64,000 bases of DNA from an uncultured Gemmatimonadaceae bacterium (GTDB lineage Bacteria; Gemmatimonadota; Gemmatimonadetes; Gemmatimonadales; Gemmatimonadaceae): contig CAVUDW010000003.1 in the NCBI GenBank assembly GCA_963740355.1, positions 1,504,001-1,568,000 on the forward strand. The letters are read 5' to 3'. This document shows positions 1 through 9,315 of this stretch, piece by piece; position 1 is the stretch's first letter; every line of letters starts with the position of its first letter. Under the pieces are notes generated by a model. The model saw nothing but the letters and a program-made list of their open reading frames with translations. It did no database searches and had not been told where the DNA came from. Position numbers and translations under genes: made by a program.

Positions 1-404
1 GACGTCTCGATCGTTGCACCGCAGGCGCGCACCATGTCGATCACGCCCCCGGGCACTCGATCCAGGTACGGCACCGCGTCGCCCGGCGAATACTCCATGG
101 CGACCCGCTTGCCATCCACCAGCGCACGAATCTCCGACTCCAGCGACTGCCACGACTGGTAGACGCGTCGTCCCCAAGTGGCGGGCCATTTGCGCCACGA
201 GTCGAGCTCGATGGCATGCATGAGGGCCACCGGTGTGCCGCTGGCCGGGATCCAGGCCACGGCCCGGCGCGACGACAACCCCTCGAAGCCGAGCAAGCCG
301 GCGGCGATGGGGTTGCAACCCTTGAATTCGTAGAGCAACCAGCCGTCCAGGCCCGCGGCACGCAGGGCCGTCTGGATTTCGTTCAGGCGGTGGGGTTCTC
401 GCAT
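1..404 (-). CDS. Xaa-Pro aminopeptidase / M24 family peptidase, N-terminal part (runs off window)
   Basis: Manual translation from ATG at 404: MREPHRLNEIQTALRAAGLDGWLLYEFKGCNPIA..., resembling the DGWLLY(D/E)FxGxNP N-terminus of this M24 subfamily; absent from the ORF track because truncated. Confidence 0.65.
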   Translation of the reverse strand, partial: MREPHRLNEIQTALRAAGLDGWLLYEFKGCNPIAAGLLGFEGLSSRRAVAWIPASGTPVALMHAIELDSWRKWPATWGRRVYQSWQSLESEIRALVDGKRVAMEYSPGDAVPYLDRVPGGVIDMVRACGATIET

Positions 405-436
405 CCCCACAAGCTATCAGCCAATGGAGCGAGCGG

Positions 437-1042
437 TCAGGCGCGACCCCACGAGGCCTTCCAGCGCTGCCCCGGTTCCGGCCCATCGATGCGCGTCACG
501 ACTGCGGGAACGCCGGTGAGCTCCTCGAGCATCGTCGAGAATGCCGACGCGTAAAATGCATAGCCGGCGATCACCGAACCTTCGATCGTCACCGGGTCAT
601 GCACGGCGAGAATCACCGTCGATCCGATGCGCTCCAGCCGAGCATCGAGATATCGCTTCGCGATGCGCCGCACGGTGGACAGCGCCATCGGGCGCGACAA
701 CATGCCGGGCAGCCGCCGGATCGCGGCACGTCGCGCGCCGGACACCGTATCGACTGCTTCGCGGGCCAGCAACGATCCGGCCGACTCGAAGACGCGGTGT
801 GCATCCGTCCGACGACCGATCAGGCGCGCCAACGCCGCCGCTTCATCGCGCACCGTGCGTTCGTTGCGCCGCACCGCCTCGCTATACCGCTTGATCTGCG
901 CGTACACCGTGTCGCTGAGCCCAAGGCGCTTCGTGCGAAGCTCCTCGATGTATTCCGCTTCGACGTTGCCTTCCGGCGTGTCTACTTCGCGAACCGCTTC
1001 CAGCAGGCTGAGTGGGAGACGGGCATCAACGGTGGTGGACAT
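437..1042 (-). CDS. Hypothetical protein, possible V4R-like C-terminal region
   Basis: 201-aa ORF with protein-like composition; C-terminal GYAFYASAFSTMLEELTG loosely resembles the V4R helix. Confidence 0.55.
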   Translation of the reverse strand: MSTTVDARLPLSLLEAVREVDTPEGNVEAEYIEELRTKRLGLSDTVYAQIKRYSEAVRRNERTVRDEAAALARLIGRRTDAHRVFESAGSLLAREAVDTVSGARRAAIRRLPGMLSRPMALSTVRRIAKRYLDARLERIGSTVILAVHDPVTIEGSVIAGYAFYASAFSTMLEELTGVPAVVTRIDGPEPGQRWKASWGRA

Positions 1043-1324
1043 CGACGTGGCTCATGAAGGATGCGCCCGCCGCGACGCTGCGGTTCCGGGTCGCAAGACA
1101 GCACACCTGCTCGCAACGCGAGGGCGCACCATGCACGCCCCGAACCTATACCGAAGCAGAAAAACGAACAAGCGAACGGTCCGGATCGACGTTCAGGAAC
1201 CGCCATGCCCCGCAATCGCTTGCGTATATTAGCGAACTGCAAAACCTTCCCTGACACCGGCTCTCTGTCGCATGCTTCGACCAGCTCCCGGCGTTTTGAC
1301 TCCGCAGCCCGGCCAGCCGCATTC

Positions 1325-1609
1325 ATGCTGACACCGCATTCGTCTGACCCGATCGCGCCCCCCCCTGGCTGCGATGTGATCAGGACCGATTTCTTCGCGG
1401 CCTGCGAGGGCGAACTGACGCCGGCCGCACTGCTGGTAATCGAGACCCACCTGGCGCAATGCGAGGGCTGCCGTGAACGCTTCGCGGCAGACGCGGTCTT
1501 TCTTGGCGCCGTGCGTCGGGCAGCGTCGCTCGACATCGCTCCGCAGTCGCTGCGCGACCGTGTGGCACTGACCCTTCACGCGCGCACCACCGAAAACGCC
1601 TCAGCGTGA
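1325..1609 (+). CDS. Zinc-binding anti-sigma factor (zf-HC2/ZAS) domain protein
   Basis: C...EGEL...ETHLAQCEGC (HxxxCxxC) and APQSLRDRV motifs; ATG at 1325. Confidence 0.8.
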   Translation: MLTPHSSDPIAPPPGCDVIRTDFFAACEGELTPAALLVIETHLAQCEGCRERFAADAVFLGAVRRAASLDIAPQSLRDRVALTLHARTTENASA

Positions 1610-2409
1610 TGCTCCCGCCACTGGTCGCGGCAGCACTGGGTCCAGTGGTCGCTGGCATCGTCTGGCGTGCACGCCTGCTCACGAGCAGCGGCGCGATCGC
1701 TGCCGCTGCGCTCGGCAGCGCAGCGGCCCTCGCAGGTCTCGACTGGATGGCGCTGCTGCTCACGTTCTTCCTCACCAGCGTGTTGTTGGGCCGAAACGGC
1801 CGCGCCGAGAAGCAGCGCCGCAGCGCCAGCGTGATCGAGAAGGCGGGCCCTCGCGACGCAACGCAGGTGCTCGCGAACGGTGCCCTGTTTGGATTCGGAG
1901 CCATGCTTGCCGCCGATGGCGTCATCAGCACCGCAGCGGCGGCCGTGGCCCTCGGCGGGTTGGCGGCGGCGATGGCCGATACGTGGGGGACGGAGATCGG
2001 CATGCTCTCGAAGCAGTCGCCGCGATCGATCCTCACCTGGATGCCCCTCGAACCAGGCATGTCGGGCGGCGTCTCGATGCTCGGCCTGATGGCGACAGTG
2101 GGCGGTGCGGCGACGATTGCCGCCGTTGCCGCGCTGCTCCGCTGGCCTGCACACGTCTGCATCGCCGCCGCGATTGGCGGAATCGTTGGCGCGATGGCTG
2201 ATTCAGTACTCGGCGCAACTGTACAACAGCGTCGACGCTCACTCCGGACGGGCCGCATGACGGAACGGATGAAGGATGCCGATGGCACACCGACGGTGAC
2301 GGCTGGCGGGCTCGATTGGCTGAACAACGACGGCGTGAATTTCGCCTCCACGCTGATCGGTGGTGCGACCGCGTTTCAGGTGCACTTCTTCGCAGCCGTG
2401 GTGCGTTGA
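1606..2409 (+). CDS. DUF92/TMEM19 family membrane protein
   Basis: RDATQVLANG, ADTWGTEIG, GMSGGVS, DSVLGATVQ, NNDGVNF motifs; multiple hydrophobic segments. Confidence 0.9.
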   Translation: MMLPPLVAAALGPVVAGIVWRARLLTSSGAIAAAALGSAAALAGLDWMALLLTFFLTSVLLGRNGRAEKQRRSASVIEKAGPRDATQVLANGALFGFGAMLAADGVISTAAAAVALGGLAAAMADTWGTEIGMLSKQSPRSILTWMPLEPGMSGGVSMLGLMATVGGAATIAAVAALLRWPAHVCIAAAIGGIVGAMADSVLGATVQQRRRSLRTGRMTERMKDADGTPTVTAGGLDWLNNDGVNFASTLIGGATAFQVHFFAAVVR

Positions 2410-2411
2410 CC

Positions 2412-3674
2412 ATGCCCCCACTTCGCGAATCGGCGCAGGCGATCGTGGTCGGCGGCGGCCCTGCCGGCTCCGCCACCGCCTGGGCACTGGCATCGCAGGG
2501 CCTCGATGTCATCGTGGTCGACAAGGCGCGATTCCCGCGCGACAAGGCCTGTGCCGAGTACCTCAGTCCGCAGGCGTCACGCATTCTCGATGCGATGGGT
2601 GTGCTCAGCGTGGTCGAGGAATCGGGGGCCGCGCAGCTCTCAGGCATGCGCGTCCGCAGCCCGGACGGTGGCGTCATTCACGGTGAGTTCGCCGCACAGC
2701 ATGGCTTCCGTGGCTTTCGGGACAGTGGCCTCGCGCTACGCCGCCGTCATCTCGATCCGATCCTGCAGCGCGCCGCAAAGGATGCCGGGGCGTCGTTTCG
2801 CGAAGGCAACGCGCTGGACTCGCTGATCATGATCGGTGAGACGGTGTGCGGCGTTCGTGTACGCATCGGCACCACGATCCGCGAGTTGCGCGCGCCGCTG
2901 GTGATTGGTGCCGATGGGCTGCGCAGCGGGGTCGCCCGAAGGCTAGGCCTGGCGGCGCACCTGCCCTGGCCGCGGCGCGTGGCGTTCGTGGCGCACTACA
3001 CCGGTGTGCGCGACATGGGTGCGCAGGGCGAGATGCACGTCGAGCGTGATGGATACGTGGGACTCGCCGATGTCGGCCACGGCGAGACGAACGTGGCCAT
3101 CGTCGTGCCGCGAGCGCTAGCGAAGGACGCCGCCGGCGACAGCGCGGGCTTCATGACGCGATGGCTGGCGCGGCATCCACAGCTAGCCCCGCGGTTCGTC
3201 GATGCCGTGCGCACAGGCCCTGTGCTCACCACCGGCCCCTTCGCATCACATGCGCGGCGCGGCTTTGCGGCCGGTGCGGCGCTGGTGGGCGATGCGGCCG
3301 ACTTTTTCGATCCCTTCACAGGCGAGGGGATCTATGCCGCCCTGCGTGGCGGCGAAATGCTCGGCGCCTACGCCCGCGACGCCATCCTCGCGTCCTCGCC
3401 GCGCGCGGCGCTGGACGCATTGAAGGCATACGACGCCGCGCGCGTGGCCGAGTTCCGCAACAAGTGGCTCGTCGAACGCGTGATCGGTGCGGCGGTGTCG
3501 TCACCGATGCTCATGAATCACGCCGCGCGCGTGCTTGGGCAGCGGCGCGACCTCGCCGATCTCCTGATTGGCGTCACCGGCGACTTCGTTCCTGCCAAGA
3601 CGGTGCTCCGACCGTCATTCCTGCTTCACTTCCTCGACCCGCGGCGTTGGCGCAGCACGCGCACCGCCGCCTGA
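2412..3674 (+). CDS. FAD-dependent oxidoreductase (geranylgeranyl reductase-like / flavin monooxygenase family)
   Basis: VVGGGPAGS, FPRDKAC, IGADG, GDAADFFDPFTGEGI motifs. Confidence 0.9.
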   Translation: MPPLRESAQAIVVGGGPAGSATAWALASQGLDVIVVDKARFPRDKACAEYLSPQASRILDAMGVLSVVEESGAAQLSGMRVRSPDGGVIHGEFAAQHGFRGFRDSGLALRRRHLDPILQRAAKDAGASFREGNALDSLIMIGETVCGVRVRIGTTIRELRAPLVIGADGLRSGVARRLGLAAHLPWPRRVAFVAHYTGVRDMGAQGEMHVERDGYVGLADVGHGETNVAIVVPRALAKDAAGDSAGFMTRWLARHPQLAPRFVDAVRTGPVLTTGPFASHARRGFAAGAALVGDAADFFDPFTGEGIYAALRGGEMLGAYARDAILASSPRAALDALKAYDAARVAEFRNKWLVERVIGAAVSSPMLMNHAARVLGQRRDLADLLIGVTGDFVPAKTVLRPSFLLHFLDPRRWRSTRTAA

Positions 3675-3678
3675 TTGC

Positions 3679-4155
3679 ATGCAAATCGACAAGGATCTCT
3701 TCCGCGCGGTACTCGGCCGCTTCGCGTCTGGCGTCACCATCGTCACCACCGTGGATCGCGACGGCCGCGATCAGGGCATGACGGTGAGTGCCTTTTCGTC
3801 GCTGTCACTCGATCCGCCACTGGTGCTCGTCTGCATCGACCACGGCGCCTCGCTCTGGCCGGTGCTGGAGACGGCGAACCACTTCGCGATCAACATCCTC
3901 GCGTCGGGCCAGGAGGCGCTCTCGCGGCGATTCTCCAGTCGCGAGGGCGAACGGTTCGAGGGGATCGGATTCAGCCGCGGCAGCACCGGCGTCGCGCTGC
4001 TCGATGACACGCTGGCCGCCGTGGAGTGCACGATCACGGCGCGCATCGCACAGGGGGATCACTCGATCCTCGTTGGAAGTGTGGACTACGGCATCGCACG
4101 TGACCTGCAGCCGCTGCTGTATTATCGCGGCGGCTACGCGTCGCTCACGCGCTGA
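3679..4155 (+). CDS. Flavin reductase-like protein
   Basis: FRAVLGRFASGVTIVT, SLSLDPPLV, GDH, PLLYYRGGY. Confidence 0.92.
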   Translation: MQIDKDLFRAVLGRFASGVTIVTTVDRDGRDQGMTVSAFSSLSLDPPLVLVCIDHGASLWPVLETANHFAINILASGQEALSRRFSSREGERFEGIGFSRGSTGVALLDDTLAAVECTITARIAQGDHSILVGSVDYGIARDLQPLLYYRGGYASLTR

Positions 4156-4165
4156 CCTGGCGACA

Positions 4166-4867
4166 GTGGGCTTTCTCACGCCAGCACGCCGCATGGGGCA
4201 CGAGGTGCTCGACGACCCGGGTGTGTCGCCGGCGCTGGTGAGTCGCTCGCATACCGACATCGCGCGCGCCAATGCACTGTTCGGCGGTACGCGCGCCGTG
4301 TTGACCCGTGTGCGTGCGATTGCGCATCGCCTGCCACAGTCCCCGCTCGTCGTCGATGTCGGGGCCGGTACTGGCGACATCCTCGACGCGGTGTGCAACC
4401 TGCTCCGCGAGACCGGGCGGCGCCCCCAGCCCGTCGCGATCGATACGGCGGTGGCGCTCGCGCCGGCCGTTCGGCAGCGGGGCAGTTACTTTGTCTGTGG
4501 CTCCATCTTTGCGCTGCCACTCCCGACGGCCAGTGCCGACCTGGTGATCGCGTCACAGGTCGTGCACCACTTCGATGTCGATGGGGTGCGGGCCGTGATC
4601 GCCGAGTTGCATCGCGTGGCACGTCACGCCGTGCTCATCAGCGATCTGCAACGCAGCTGGATTGCGGCAGCGGGATTGTGGCTCACCAGCTTCCCGCTGG
4701 GGTTCCACCCAGTCAGCCGTCACGACGGGGTTGTCAGCGTGTTGCGCGGCTTCGCGCCTGACGAACTTCGCAGTGCCGTGCTCGCGACGACGGGCGTGCC
4801 GGCCGTCATCGAGACGCACCTCGGCTGGCGTGTCACCGCCGATTGGCATCCTGGCCACGCCGCCTGA
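4166..4867 (+). CDS. SAM-dependent methyltransferase
   Basis: DVGAGTGD motif I, HHF, DLQRS, RHDGVVSVLRGF; GTG start inferred. Confidence 0.85.
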   Translation: MGFLTPARRMGHEVLDDPGVSPALVSRSHTDIARANALFGGTRAVLTRVRAIAHRLPQSPLVVDVGAGTGDILDAVCNLLRETGRRPQPVAIDTAVALAPAVRQRGSYFVCGSIFALPLPTASADLVIASQVVHHFDVDGVRAVIAELHRVARHAVLISDLQRSWIAAAGLWLTSFPLGFHPVSRHDGVVSVLRGFAPDELRSAVLATTGVPAVIETHLGWRVTADWHPGHAA

Positions 4868-4909
4868 CGGTCGCCGGCCAGTGCCGCTTTGTACAACCGA
4901 ACCTTCTCC

Positions 4910-5449
4910 ATGACGACACCGACCACGGAAAAACTCCGCTCGCCTTATCGCCTCGGCCCCATGCCGCTGCAGCGGCACATGATCGTGGTCGACGAGCAAA
5001 CGGTGCGCGCGCCGCGGGAAGCGATCTTTCGCATCGCCGCCGATGTGCTCGCGTGGCCCGAGCATCTGGCGCACTACAATTTCGTGAAGTTCCGCCAGCG
5101 TGCTCGCGACGGAGGAGGCCTCGTCGAGATGAGCGCTGATCGACCATTCGGCGGGCCGCTCAACTGGCCGACCTGGTGGTTGTCGGAAATGTCGGTGGAC
5201 GAGTCGATCCCCAACATTCGCTTCAAGCACGTGGAAGGGATCACACGTGGCATGGAAGTCGAATGGCAGTTCCTGCGGCGCGACGATCCGAATGTCACCC
5301 ATGTTCGTATCGTGCATGCGTGGGATGGGCCGTGGTGGCCACTGATCGGTCGCGTTGCGGCCCTGGCCGTGATCGGCCCGGTCTTCATTCACGGCATCGC
5401 ATCGCGCACGCTGGCCGGCCTGGCGCGTGCAGCTGAGCAGCGCACCTGA
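4910..5449 (+). CDS. SRPBCC/START-family polyketide cyclase/aromatase-like protein
   Basis: VRAPREAIFRIAADVLAWPEHL...GMEVEWQF pattern. Confidence 0.8.
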   Translation: MTTPTTEKLRSPYRLGPMPLQRHMIVVDEQTVRAPREAIFRIAADVLAWPEHLAHYNFVKFRQRARDGGGLVEMSADRPFGGPLNWPTWWLSEMSVDESIPNIRFKHVEGITRGMEVEWQFLRRDDPNVTHVRIVHAWDGPWWPLIGRVAALAVIGPVFIHGIASRTLAGLARAAEQRT

Positions 5450-5480
5450 ACGTTCGCATTTTTCCCTTGCTGAGTCATTG

Positions 5481-6725
5481 ATGTCTTTCCCCCGTCGTGT
5501 CGTCGTTACCGGGCTTGGTGCCATCACTCCGATTGGCATCGGCCTCGACACGGTGCGCGCGTCACTCCGCGCCGAGCAGTCGGCGGTCGGCTTGATCACC
5601 CGCTTTGATCCGAGCCCGTTCCGCACACACATCGCCGCGCAGGTGAATGACTTCCACGCCGAGGATCACCTCGATGCCAAGCGCGTCAAGCGCCTCGATC
5701 GATTTGGGCAGCTGAGTGTGATTGCGGCCAACATGGCGCTCGCTGACTCAGGCATCGACCTCGCCAAGGAGTCGCGCGAAAAGATAGGCGTCATGATGGG
5801 CACGGCGTTGGCGGGTGTGGGTTATGCCGAGGAGCAGCTTGGCCGCTACCTCGTGGGCGGATTGCGCGCCGTCGATGCGACGCTGGCGCTGGCCGTGTTC
5901 GGTGGCGCGTCGAGTTGCAACATCGCGATCGAAACCGGTGTGCAAGGCCCGAACTCCACCAACGCGATGAGTTGTGCGTCCGGCGCAATCGCGATCGGTG
6001 AGGCATACCGGCAGGTGCGCGATGGTTATGCCGACGTCATGATCGGCGGTGGCGCTGAAGCACCTCTCGCGCCGCTCTGCTTTGGCGCGTTCGCGTTGAT
6101 TCGCGCGATGTCCACGCGTAACGACGACCCGACGCACGCCAGTCGGCCGTTCGACGCCGATCGCGACGGCTTCGTGATGGGAGAAGGTGGTGCATCGCTG
6201 ATTCTCGAGGAACGCGACCGCGCCATCGCACGCGGCGCGAAGATCTACGGCGAGATCGTCGGTTTCGGCACTACCAACGACGCCCATCACATGACGGCCC
6301 CGCTCCCAGGCGGCGCGCAGGCTGCACGCGCCATGCAGCAGGCACTCGCGCGCGCCGACCTGACGCCGTCGGATGTGGATTACATCAATGCCCACGCCAG
6401 TGCCACGCCGCTCAATGATCCGACCGAAGCCGATGCCATGCGCACCGTGTTCGGCGAGGCGCTGGAGGACGTCTGGGTCAGCGGCACCAAGGGGTATCAC
6501 GGCCACGCGCTCGGTGCCAGCGGCGCCATCGAGGCGGTGATCTGCATGCTGTCGATGCAGGATGGATGGATTCCGCCCACGGTCAACCTCGACACGAGTG
6601 ATGCGGCATGCGCGGTTCGACACGTGCCGAAGGGTGGCGTACACCTGTCCCCGCAGGTGGTGATGTCGAACTCTTTCGGCTTTGGCGGCATCAATGCCTC
6701 ACTCGTGTTTCGCGCGCCGCACTAA
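5481..6725 (+). CDS. Beta-ketoacyl-ACP synthase (FabF/KS-alpha-like)
   Basis: RRVVVTGLG, catalytic SCASG, NAHASAT, KGYHGHALGA, SNSFGFGG. Confidence 0.93.
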   Translation: MSFPRRVVVTGLGAITPIGIGLDTVRASLRAEQSAVGLITRFDPSPFRTHIAAQVNDFHAEDHLDAKRVKRLDRFGQLSVIAANMALADSGIDLAKESREKIGVMMGTALAGVGYAEEQLGRYLVGGLRAVDATLALAVFGGASSCNIAIETGVQGPNSTNAMSCASGAIAIGEAYRQVRDGYADVMIGGGAEAPLAPLCFGAFALIRAMSTRNDDPTHASRPFDADRDGFVMGEGGASLILEERDRAIARGAKIYGEIVGFGTTNDAHHMTAPLPGGAQAARAMQQALARADLTPSDVDYINAHASATPLNDPTEADAMRTVFGEALEDVWVSGTKGYHGHALGASGAIEAVICMLSMQDGWIPPTVNLDTSDAACAVRHVPKGGVHLSPQVVMSNSFGFGGINASLVFRAPH

Positions 6726-6782
6726 CCGGCTAAGCCCGCTATAGTTCCCGGGAGTCATTCACCATTCGGGAGCTGATCGTTC

Positions 6783-7460
6783 ATGAAGCCTGCACGTGAG
6801 TTTGCCGCCGAAGTCCTCGGCACCTTTGCCCTGACGTTCGTTGGTGGCGCGGCCATCATGCAGACGCGAAACGTCGACGCCGGTGCCGGCCTGATGGAAG
6901 TGGCGCTGGCGCATGGGCTGGTGCTGTTCCTTATGATCAGCGCGCTGATGAAGATCAGCGGCAACTTCAATCCGGCGGTGTCGCTTGGCCTGCTCGTGAC
7001 GGGCCGGATCACGCCGCAGCAGGCCGGCACCTTCATCGCGGGACAGTTCGTCGGCGCAGCGGGTGCGGCACTCTCCCTGAAGGCGCTCTTTCCCGAGGCG
7101 CTTTGGGAAGCGGCCCGCGGCACGCGACAGATGGTGTCGCTCGATGTGACGACGGGTCAGGCCTTCGCGCTCGAAGCCATCGCCACCGGCATCCTGATGA
7201 CGGCCGTAATGGGCACGATCGTGGACACCAAAGGCCCCAAAATCGGCGGCCTCGCGGTTGGCCTTGCGTACACTGTCGGCATCCTTGGCATCGGCCCGCT
7301 CACGGGCGGCAGCATGAACCCGGCACGCACGCTCGGCCCGATGTTGGCGACCGGCGTGTATGAAGGCCTCGCCCTGTACCTCGCGGCGCCAATCGTGGGC
7401 GCGGTCGTGGCCGCGTTGCTCTATCGCCATCTGCTGCTTGACGCCGAGCCTGACGCATGA
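6783..7460 (+). CDS. MIP family channel (aquaporin)
   Basis: Two NPA motifs (GNFNPAV, GSMNPAR), hydrophobic helices. Confidence 0.93.
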   Translation: MKPAREFAAEVLGTFALTFVGGAAIMQTRNVDAGAGLMEVALAHGLVLFLMISALMKISGNFNPAVSLGLLVTGRITPQQAGTFIAGQFVGAAGAALSLKALFPEALWEAARGTRQMVSLDVTTGQAFALEAIATGILMTAVMGTIVDTKGPKIGGLAVGLAYTVGILGIGPLTGGSMNPARTLGPMLATGVYEGLALYLAAPIVGAVVAALLYRHLLLDAEPDA

Positions 7461-7472
7461 TTGCGTCACGTT

Positions 7473-7929
7473 TCAAGGGGTCAGAGATCTTGATCGGGAG
7501 TTTTCGGCCGTAAGACGTTGTGGCTTCAGGCGTTAGGCTCCGATCAAGGGGTCAGAGATCTTGATCGGGGGTTTTCGGCCGTAAGACGTTGTCGCTTCAG
7601 GCGTTAGGCTCCGATCAAGGGGTCAGAGATCTTGATCGGGAGGTTTCGCCCGTAAGGCCCTGTCTCGTATGGCGTTAGGCTCCGATCAAGGGGTCAGAGA
7701 TCTTGGTTTGAGGGGTCAGAGATCTTGGTTATTAGGCTCCGATCAAGGGGTCAGAGATCTTGATCGGGAGTTTTCGGCCGTAAGACCTTGTCGCGTATGG
7801 CGTTAGGCTCCGATCAAGGGGTCAGAGATCTTGATCGGGAGGTTTCGCCCGTAAGGCCCTGTCTCGTATGGCGTTAGGCTCCGATCAAGGGGTCAGAGAT
7901 CTTGGTTTGAGGGGTCAGAGATCTTGATC
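7473..7929. repeat. Tandem array of REP-like palindromic units (71-bp period, nine copies of core AGGGGTCAGAGATCTTG)
   Basis: TCAAGGGG units start at 7473, 7544, 7615, 7686, 7743, 7814, 7885, with extra cores at 7711 and 7910; CCGATCAAG...CTTGATCGG stem. Confidence 0.95.
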
Positions 7930-7931
7930 TG

Positions 7932-7968
7932 AAAAAGCGGGGCGGCCTCACGTCGAGGCCGCCCCGCT
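7932..7968 (-). terminator. Intrinsic terminator for the 7992-8468 gene
   Basis: 14-bp perfect stem AGCGGGGCGGCCTC/GAGGCCGCCCCGCT followed by a T run on the minus strand. Confidence 0.8.
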
Positions 7969-7991
7969 CTGCTTTCCCCTGCGCGCCTGAA

Positions 7992-8468
7992 CTACGGCAG
8001 CTGCCAGGTCACTTCGCTCGACTGCAGCATGTACGAGCTGTTGGCGCCGAACAGCTTTGAACGCGCGCGCAACACCACGGTGGACGTCGAGGAACCGGCG
8101 GCGGCGCGGATCTTGGCTTGATCGGCGACCGCGCTCAGCGTGATCGAGCCGCCGGGCGGCAGCAGCACCGCCTGCGCGGAGCAGACTGCAACGGACGATG
8201 TGACATCCGTCCACGCCGCCCCGGTGCTCGGCCGCGCCTCGATGGTCTGGGCGCAGACACCGCCACTCACATTTTCCTGGAGCGAGCTGGTGACCGTGAC
8301 CTTCATCGTCACCGTCGGGTCGTTGACCGTCGCTGACGGCACCGCGGCAACCGCCGACAAGCGCGTCTCGAGCGGGAGCGTGTCGGCAGGCGCGGTGGCG
8401 CTGTCTGACGCGCAGGCCGACGCGATCAGGGATCCGGCAATCAGTGCAAAGCGCATCGTACGCTTCAT
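7992..8468 (-). CDS. Putative lipoprotein
   Basis: MKRTMRFALIAGSLIASAC signal/lipobox; Ser/Thr/Val-rich beta-type body. Confidence 0.75.
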   Translation of the reverse strand: MKRTMRFALIAGSLIASACASDSATAPADTLPLETRLSAVAAVPSATVNDPTVTMKVTVTSSLQENVSGGVCAQTIEARPSTGAAWTDVTSSVAVCSAQAVLLPPGGSITLSAVADQAKIRAAAGSSTSTVVLRARSKLFGANSSYMLQSSEVTWQLP

Positions 8469-8686
8469 CAATCGTCTCCTTTTTTTCTCGGACCAATCAC
8501 ACCGGCAGCAGCGCCGCGGCGGTCGAACAGGCGAACACGACCAGCGTCAGTACACGCTGTTGTGTCTGTTTCGGTGCATACCTCGTGCCGACTGCGTGAG
8601 TCACAAAATAGAAGCAGAGGTCGCTGAAAGAAATTCAGGCGACCTCTGCTGTACTCCGGACCTCTTTCACTACACAACAAGCGAGC

Positions 8687-9235
8687 TCAGGCGCCAGCGA
8701 ATCCTGCGCCGTACTTCGCGTTGTAGCGATCGATGCTTTCCGTGATGATCCGGCGCGCCTCTTCGGCGTCGTACCAGCCGATGATCTCCACGCGCTTGCC
8801 CTCGAGATCCTTGTAGATCTTGAAGAAGTGCTCGACCTCGCGCAGGAAGTGACTCGGCAGGTCGCCGAGATCGTGCACTTCGTCGTGAATCGGATCGTGC
8901 ATCGGCACGGCGAGCACCTTGTCGTCGGGCTCACCCTTGTCGAGCATCTTCAGGACGCCGACCGGGCGCGCGTCGATCTGGCAGCCGGGAAAGGTCGGCT
9001 CATTGATGCGCACCATGATGTCGAGCGGATCGTTGTCCTCGTGCAGCGTGCGCGGGATGAACCCGTAGTCGCCCGGATAGTGCACGGCCGAGTAGAGCAC
9101 GCGGTCCAGCTTCAGGAGCCCCGTTTGCTTATCGAGCTCGTACTTGTTCCGGCTCTTCGCCGGAATCTCGATCACTGCGGTAACGTGCTCCGGCGGATTG
9201 TCGCCAGGCGGAAGGTCGTGCCAGGGATTGAACAT
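8687..9235 (-). CDS. ppa: Inorganic pyrophosphatase (family I)
   Basis: NKYELDK, YPGDYGFIP, DNDPLD, DDKVLAV, FFKIYKDLE. Confidence 0.97.
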   Translation of the reverse strand: MFNPWHDLPPGDNPPEHVTAVIEIPAKSRNKYELDKQTGLLKLDRVLYSAVHYPGDYGFIPRTLHEDNDPLDIMVRINEPTFPGCQIDARPVGVLKMLDKGEPDDKVLAVPMHDPIHDEVHDLGDLPSHFLREVEHFFKIYKDLEGKRVEIIGWYDAEEARRIITESIDRYNAKYGAGFAGA

Positions 9236-9315
9236 TTACTGGTGTGATCGAGTGGGCCGGCGGCGGCAGCGCCGCGTCGGCACATCAAAATAGCCACTGA
9301 GAAAAGGGTACGGCG

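Noticed and set aside
1140..1320. ECF sigma promoter upstream of the anti-sigma gene
   Set aside because: GGAAC- and CGTA-like elements are present, but the spacing does not fit
7473..7929. CRISPR array
   Set aside because: The period and hairpin resemble CRISPR, but the 'spacers' are near-identical to each other, the core recurs elsewhere without spacers, and no cas genes are in the window
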